Below the pieces are notes generated by a model. It ran no database searches, was not told the origin of the DNA, and saw only the letters and a list, made by a program, of their open reading frames with translations. The position numbers and the translations under genes were made by a program. Shown here piece by piece: positions 21,971 to 28,095 of a stretch of 28,095 bases of DNA (its first letter is position 1; the number at the start of each line of letters is the position of its first letter). This DNA comes from Halocafeteria seosinensis (lineage: Eukaryota): contig LVLI01000156.1 in the NCBI GenBank assembly GCA_001687465.1, forward strand, positions 186,001-214,095, given 5' to 3'.

Positions 21971-24328
21971 ATGCACAAACAGAGAATGAACCCCATCAAA
22001 GAGGCTATTCAGCAGCATAATAAGGCTGCAGGAGAAGGACACGAAGAGGAGGAAGATGATGATGACATCAATACCATTTACTATTACATACTAGTCCCCC
22101 ATCAGGACCTTCGGTCTCTCCAAGATGAATGCTTTCAGTACATTGATCGTGTCTTGTCGGACTATATGTGGCAGGAGGAAGCCTTCACGCTGTATCGGCA
22201 GGGCGAAGGGCCTCCAATTCCAGCGTATCGGAGGCCTCCGACTTCCTCGAATTGGTCCATGCTCCACGGCAAGACTCGTTTTGGCGATAATATAGAGGAT
22301 GAATGGCTGGTCGTATCTCTCCTTTTCCGTATTTCCGAGACGCACCGGGATGTGGTGGTGTTCATGGAAGACGACGATGGTGAATTCTTGGCCATTGAAG
22401 CGGCGGAGGAGATTCCGGAATGGCTTCACCCGGAGAATACGACCAACCATTTGGCCGTACATCAAGGAAGCGTTCACATTGTACCACCTTCACAGGAAGC
22501 TGGAGCTGATGGTGCCGTGCTTGGGATTACGAAAGCGTGTGATGCTATTCGAGACACTAGAGTCCCTACCAAGGCCTCGGCAGGAGTGCAGCAGGCTATC
22601 CAGAATCGAGTGACCACTGATATTTCTCAAGCAGCGCGTAGGGAACGACACGTATCCCTATGCACTGTGCCTCGCCTGGTAGCGGAGTTGCTCGCTCATC
22701 GACCGCAGCTTGTTGCACCCGCCGTCAACGCGTTTTATACTCGAGATGCCATCGACATTAAGGCCTGTACAAAAATGCATTCGTTCCCGTTGGACAGCGA
22801 TCCCCATCATTTCGTGTCGCTTCCGGTAAGGTTTACGAAGTGCACATACGCTCAGTTGCGACAGCAGAGGATGCATATCCCAAAAGTTTGGCAGCGCTAC
22901 ATCCCTACCGAGGAAGAACAGCAAGGCACCGGGAGATGGCTGAACGGAATGAAGTTGACGTGTGGACTAGAGATTCTTCTCTCGCGGGGCGCAGGTTACC
23001 ACCTATTGCACGCCTCCAAATACTTTAGAAATGTATTGGGGCAGGGAGATAGCAATATGTCAGATTCAATTTTGAGTTACCATCGGAAGAGATTTGCTAA
23101 TGCCATAGTGCGTCAGAGTGGGGACGGTCTGGGTGCTTCACAGTCCAAACAGCAAGCAACAGAACACTACAACGCGTCGTTTGATATGATTGTGCGACAA
23201 AATGTCAGTTCTAGAGCGATAAATACGGACTGTTTGAAGAACGATAAAAGCAGTGCGGAGGAACTTTATTCGCGACTGCTAAAGTGTTCGAAAATACCAA
23301 ACACCAGGTGGCTACGTATTGTCCAACGGTATGATATCGACTACACACTGCTAATTTACGACCTCTTGTGTCCACGGATCGAGTATGGCATATTGGGGAA
23401 AGAATGTCCGCAACTGTTGTGGAGAGAAACACATTTTGCGGATTTAAGCGGTGGCGAGGAAGACGTAGAGGATGAGGATCAGTGGCTCCGAGAGGGCGCG
23501 GAAAAACTGGAAAGAATACTGGAACAACGAGCACAAGAGATAGAAAATCTATCGGGCTCCCCGCAACCTGCCTGTGACGCAGGACGGGGCGAACCTGACA
23601 CGGATGGTGTTGCAACAGCCCAATCGGTTATTGAGGAAATGAATAGTTTTGTGAATCGAATGTCTGACTATGAAGGTGTGGAAAATGACCATCAGAAGCT
23701 ACACCAATCTCAACCTGTGGACGAAGAAGTAGATAATGATGATGCACAATACGCCCAAGCTAACGAAGCCGATGGAAATCAGCATCAGCATGAACTTGCA
23801 AAATTGCGAAAGCAACTACAAGGGATATATTCACAGGTTGATGTTTCCAGGTTACGACAGGGCCGAGCAAACGATGATGCCCAATGGCTTAAACAATGTT
23901 GCCGAAGTGACGCTACGATCAGATATTCTAGACGACGCAACCTCGAGGAAGATCCAAGCGCCACAAACTCGATGGACTACATGTACGAAACTATGGATGC
24001 TGAGTTGGCGAGTTCAACGATAAAAGATTCGTTTTCGACAGTTAATAACGGCTCCTTCACGCAAGATAGCAATGTCAATTACAACTTGGTTAAGAATATG
24101 GCTCATAGTGTTGGGAACCAGAGCGGTTTGGCTGGGCCAGCCAGCAACGTTCTCAAAGAGATGGGCGTTGAGCCGCCTCCAGATTGGTTAGCCGGCCAAG
24201 TGAGCGAGGAGAAAGAAGAGGAATATTCAAATAATGATGATGTATCTGACGAGGACGATGCGGATCAATTAGAAGGGGATGAAGACCTTCCTGCTTCCTT
24301 GAAGGAAAAGCTGGAGGTGCTTGACTGA
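21971..24328 (+). CDS. ECD: Ecdysoneless (ECD/hSGT1 family) protein (785 aa, intronless)
   Basis: YMWQEEAF, LHGKTRFGDNIEDEWLVVSLL, DDDGEFLAIEAAEEIPEWL, PQLVAPAVNAFYTRD, VRFTKCTYAQL, GMKLTCGLEIL, MDAEL, NYNLVKN and GLAGPASNVL. Start could be 21986 instead. Confidence 0.92.
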   Translation: MHKQRMNPIKEAIQQHNKAAGEGHEEEEDDDDINTIYYYILVPHQDLRSLQDECFQYIDRVLSDYMWQEEAFTLYRQGEGPPIPAYRRPPTSSNWSMLHGKTRFGDNIEDEWLVVSLLFRISETHRDVVVFMEDDDGEFLAIEAAEEIPEWLHPENTTNHLAVHQGSVHIVPPSQEAGADGAVLGITKACDAIRDTRVPTKASAGVQQAIQNRVTTDISQAARRERHVSLCTVPRLVAELLAHRPQLVAPAVNAFYTRDAIDIKACTKMHSFPLDSDPHHFVSLPVRFTKCTYAQLRQQRMHIPKVWQRYIPTEEEQQGTGRWLNGMKLTCGLEILLSRGAGYHLLHASKYFRNVLGQGDSNMSDSILSYHRKRFANAIVRQSGDGLGASQSKQQATEHYNASFDMIVRQNVSSRAINTDCLKNDKSSAEELYSRLLKCSKIPNTRWLRIVQRYDIDYTLLIYDLLCPRIEYGILGKECPQLLWRETHFADLSGGEEDVEDEDQWLREGAEKLERILEQRAQEIENLSGSPQPACDAGRGEPDTDGVATAQSVIEEMNSFVNRMSDYEGVENDHQKLHQSQPVDEEVDNDDAQYAQANEADGNQHQHELAKLRKQLQGIYSQVDVSRLRQGRANDDAQWLKQCCRSDATIRYSRRRNLEEDPSATNSMDYMYETMDAELASSTIKDSFSTVNNGSFTQDSNVNYNLVKNMAHSVGNQSGLAGPASNVLKEMGVEPPPDWLAGQVSEEKEEEYSNNDDVSDEDDADQLEGDEDLPASLKEKLEVLD

Positions 24329-24331
24329 ACT

Positions 24332-26465
24332 CTACTTCTTCGCGTCGTCCTCCGCCGTTCTCATGGGATGCATTTCAACGATAGTATTTGAATTACCATT
24401 ACTCCTACCACGAAGTCCTGGGGATGATGCGTCGCTCTCTTCGTCGTCGTGCTCCACTAATGGTGTATATTGCTGTGCCCCGGAAGTGCGCACAGAATCG
24501 TTTTCATGAGGTGTACTCTGAAGCCACTCGAGCGATGGACGTTCCCCCTTCCACATTTGTCTCAGTTCCCCGTTCCTGAATCCTAGAAGATATGTTGGAA
24601 GCAACATGAGAGGTACTAGATATAGTAGAGCCTGCGTTTAGAAGGAGACTCATTACACGATGGCGATATTGGGAGATACCAAAGTACTGACTTACCGGTT
24701 GCCCCATTCCTGTTACGTATATAGCAATGTTAGCCATCGCTAGCCCGAATGCATAACCTAACAAGAGCCAGGTAAAATAGCTTGTAGTTTTGAACGCAGG
24801 TGTGAGCGATCTACCATTCCAAACGTTGTACCTGACAACGTAGCAGAAGAGCAAGCCGGGTATTACGAGGTCTCCAAGGCCGAGCATGCTGTCTCCACGA
24901 CGATAATCTAGCAATGTTGGAATGCGCAGTAGTATTGGGATGAAATCATCTTTTCCACAATGTCGCTTATCGTGCGGGTTCAAGCGACAGTAGCATTCCC
25001 AGTTCTGCACTGGTTTGGCCTGGCCAGCGGTCGCGACTTCTACCATGACACTGTCCCCTACCAGCAACGGAGTAATGAATACCATGAAAACGTCATACAG
25101 GAAGAAGGCCCAAAGCAGTGCCGATATGAACCTTAACGAGGGCAGACGAACCTGCAGCATTATGAGTGTTACGAGAACTACCCCGGTCGCATCTTGAAGG
25201 ATCCAGCTCCATGAGTGAAATCGAAAGAAATACCATATCAGCATAATGGTGAGGCCTACGGGAAGTCCAGAAACATGGGATCTGGTCGTCTCCGAGAAGC
25301 AGCATACTTTAATGTTCGTCTTCATCCCGGGATGAATCCCCTCAAACAGCGGTTTAAAAACTAATAAGGCCCAGGACGTGGTTCCTGATAAGATAAAGAG
25401 CAGCTGAACAAATAGGACGACTCCGATTCCGTATTGGATCAAAATATATAAACCCACCAGTACAATCGCTGCAAATGATAGTATTCCACAGATATACCAC
25501 AACGAAAGGTTCTCTTCGTCCAATATGTCTATGCCTGTGGCTGGGTCTTTCATCCTGGTTAACCGTCTTGATACCATGTCTCGATCTGGTGCTGCTGCTC
25601 TCCACCCAGCGATTCCCAACGTTAACACGGCGAAGACAAACAGAAATACACTTGAAGGCTCCAACACCGGAACCCATCGTTTGCTCAGCATTACAACAGC
25701 TTTAGTTCCTGGTTGGATGGCTTGGTATAACTGTTTGGAGTTCCCAATCTTTGTAAATACAGCAGGAACCATGTCCTTTCCAGAGATATCTCGCGATTTA
25801 CCCATCCTCATCAAGTCATCCGAGATACAACAGACTTGTCGCTGTTGTTGCTGGGCGCTTTTCTTTGTCAGCACACACTTCTGACTGGGACAGCTGCTTT
25901 CAGATCCACAAGTAAACCCTCGGTAGGCTTTCTCCCGAGTGACGTCGTTAGCGTCGATGGAAGACTCTCCCTTTCTGCAATCATAATCGCATATTCCTAC
26001 ATGCAGTTGGCTCACTGGTGTTTGTTTTGCAGATCTGCTAGCATTCGCGGACTGGTACATAGCTCCCACGGAATTCACGATGATAATCGCTTTCGCGCCA
26101 GCAATTTTCGCATTCTTCGCTTTCTGTGCAAACGTGCAATTTCCACGCTCTGCGAATAGTATGTAACCCTTGGCGTATGGACTTGTTGGCGTCCCACACC
26201 CTTTCAGGCCTCCAACATGAGGGTCGCGAGCTCCCATCACTCGTCCTTCCAGTGCATTTTCATAGTCCGGAAGGCGTGGTCCAAAGTCAGCTTCTGCCAC
26301 CCAGTATGTAAATTGCTCCCCTCCGTTCATCGCGATTGTATACTGAGCTGTCTGCTTGGAACGCTCATATTTAGCTTCTTGCGCCTGGCAAGAGCCCGTG
26401 AAGCTCAAGATCAGAAGAAAGCATCCAACTACGGACAACAGTCCCCGTAGCATTTTATACAACAT
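24332..26465 (-). CDS. Signal peptide peptidase-like (SPPL2-type) intramembrane aspartyl protease with PA domain (2 exons: 26465-24696, 24631-24332; 689 aa)
   Basis: Signal peptide, PA motif ERGNCTFAQKAKNA..AGA, catalytic LYDVFMVF and LGLGDLVIPG. Removing a 64-nt GTAAGT..GCAG intron (24695-24632) restores GQPALLYLVP. Confidence 0.93.
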
Positions 26466-27059
26466 TTACATGTGTACGCACTGTTCTTTTAGAAATCAAC
26501 CGATTGTATCGTACCTAACTAATCAAATTCTGTGGTATTCCACACATGGGGACTTGCTTGGGTTTGCTATAGTTTGCGCCCGGTACATGTTCACAAACGT
26601 CGCAAACTCTGTTGTTGGAACGTGGCACGGTGGCGGACACGAATCGCAATGCCAGTACTAATACCTCGAACTTGAGAAAATATACCTAATAGCGTGTACT
26701 ACTGCCCAAAACAATGGGCAGTTTGGGCAAGTAATTCAGGATCACCCCCCATTTTGCCATTTGTATCTGATGTTCCTTCGCATGAGGAGCGTTGTATCCC
26801 TGAGTCGTGGCGGTTCCAGTCAATTGCACAGTGAATTTCAGTGTACCGCGCCCCCCTCTTCCCGAGGTGGACAAAGTTCCGACAACAGATTCTGAACGCT
26901 TGCTTCCAACTGCAGCACAAGGGACTCTCAAGTTAACACAATTCATCAGCCAACAAAACATTCCTCATGTATAATCCTTACATGGTATTTGTCTCCAGCA
27001 TCCGCGGGAATGTGCATTTGGTCCACAGAGTCCTCTATTAAGGAAACTCCCCAATTGGA

Positions 27060-27607
27060 TTTTTTTTTTTTTTTTTTTAAACCCCCGGATGGTTAAGGAA
27101 GAAAACCTTTACTCCGTACTTAATCGTACCCTCATTACTTTCGCAGTCCATGGTCGAAAAATGAAAAGAAATGTTGTGTGAAACTTTCGCAGCCCACAGT
27201 CCCACGCACACGCACACACACACATAGACAAGTATGAACCGGGTTTTTTGTTGCAAGCATTTTATATATATATATATATATATGTTTTTTTTTACCATTA
27301 GTTATGGAAACGTGTTAATCGTACCTTCAAACACACAAACAAAGCATGGGGCAGTGTAAGTTGACGCGAAACTTCAGGAAGGCGAGAATCAAATGGCTGA
27401 AATATAAATATAACCTCGCCAACACACGGTACACTTGTGCCAACCCTGCCTTGAAAGCCACAGGGAAGTGAATTTTTTTATTTTTTTTTAACCCCGGATG
27501 GTTAAGAAAGAAAACCTGTACTCCATACATGTACTTAATCGTACCCTCATTACAAGGGGCGGACTCACAACACCGACAAACAAAGCATGGGGCAGTGCAA
27601 GATTGAC
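27060..27607. repeat. Diverged subrepeats and microsatellites in the spacer downstream of 28S rDNA
   Basis: A ~60-bp block (T-tract + AACCCCGGATGGTTAAG.AAGAAAACCT.TACTCC..TACTTAATCGTACCCTCATTAC) occurs at 27079-27138 and 27490-27553. ACAAACAAAGCATGGGGCAGTG.AAG..TGAC occurs at ~27335-27365 and ~27576-27607. TTAATCGTACC occurs three times. (CA)n at ~27206-27224 and (AT)n at ~27263-27283. Confidence 0.85.
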
Positions 27608-27713
27608 AAGATGGGGAAATTCAGAAACATAGATATTGTGAGGAAAACCTCAAAAAAATCTGTGAATAAGAATTTCGATAAGTTTTGTTGACAAGTTACT
27701 CGAAATTGTCAAC

Positions 27714-28095
27714 ACAAATCGGAAAATGGAAGGCTTAATCTCAGCGGATCGTAAGGCAAGCTTACTCTCGCGCTTACAATACCCCATCTCAGGAAAGTCG
27801 TCTACAATAGATTTATCTTCCCGGATAGTGCCAGTTGATATGCTGGTAGGATCCAGGGGCTTCCTCTTCGAGAGAGGAAACCCTATTGTCACTCCCCTCT
27901 TATCCGGTCAGGTAAAATATCGTCGCTTATCAGCTCGGATTCTGGCTTAGAGGCGTTCAGCCATAATCCTACACATGATAGCTTCGCGGCACTGCCTGTT
28001 CAGGCAACCGCATGAACCAATTATGTGACCCAACGGTTCCTCTCGTACTGAGTTGGATTACTGTCGCGACAACGGTCTCATCAGTAGGGTAAAAC
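27714..28095 (-). rRNA. 28S rRNA: Nuclear large-subunit (28S/25S) rRNA, 3' end (partial)
   Basis: Minus strand carries GTTTTACCCTACTGATG, the sarcin-ricin loop AGTACGAGAGGAAC (28049-28036), GGATTATGGCTGAACGCCTCTAAG and the terminal TACGATCCGCTGAGATTAAGCC...GATTTGT typical of eukaryotic LSU 3' ends. Confidence 0.96.

Noticed and set aside
5415..26450. Numerous 60-150 aa ORFs antisense or out of frame within the called genes
   Set aside because: They are shadow ORFs with no recognisable motifs, apart from those used as exons in the gene models above.
26701..26722. 8-bp inverted repeat ACTGCCCA-6 nt-TGGGCAGT
   Set aside because: Isolated and short enough to occur by chance, with no supporting context.
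27077..27530. Short ORFs sharing YGV.VFFLNHPG
   Set aside because: They are translations of the spacer subrepeat and microsatellites, not proteins.
27060..27607. Possible CRISPR-like array or 5S rRNA in the spacer
   Set aside because: The repeats are long, diverged and irregular in a eukaryotic context with no cas genes, and no 5S internal motifs were found in the right arrangement.
27650..27950. ORFs 27650-27892 (-) and 27726-27950 (+)
   Set aside because: They overlap the 28S rRNA and 3'-ETS and are spurious.

Overview
A compact, intron-poor eukaryotic (protist-like) genomic segment; the taxon cannot be fixed from the sequence alone. In order, it holds: the 5' end of an unknown gene; a probable decayed pogo/DDE_1 transposase; a galactose-3-O-sulfotransferase-like gene; choline/ethanolamine kinase; RNA polymerase I subunit RPA2; PHYHD1-type dioxygenase; an 841-aa possible CCDC142/CATCHR-like protein; a ~1690-aa 8-exon gene; TMEM135; ecdysoneless (ECD); a PA-domain signal peptide peptidase-like protease; and, on the minus strand, the 3' end of the 28S rRNA gene with its downstream spacer and subrepeats. 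The most striking item is the 8-exon gene, which the ORF track splits into seven pieces. Spliced by hand, it joins a myristoylation/palmitoylation-type N-terminus, a cyclic-nucleotide-binding domain, a CaMKK-like kinase and a PP2C phosphatase in one frame. All 13 inferred introns are 62-81 nt GT-AG, and several intergenic gaps are only 3-37 bp. Gene models are manual and family calls rest on recalled motifs, not database searches.
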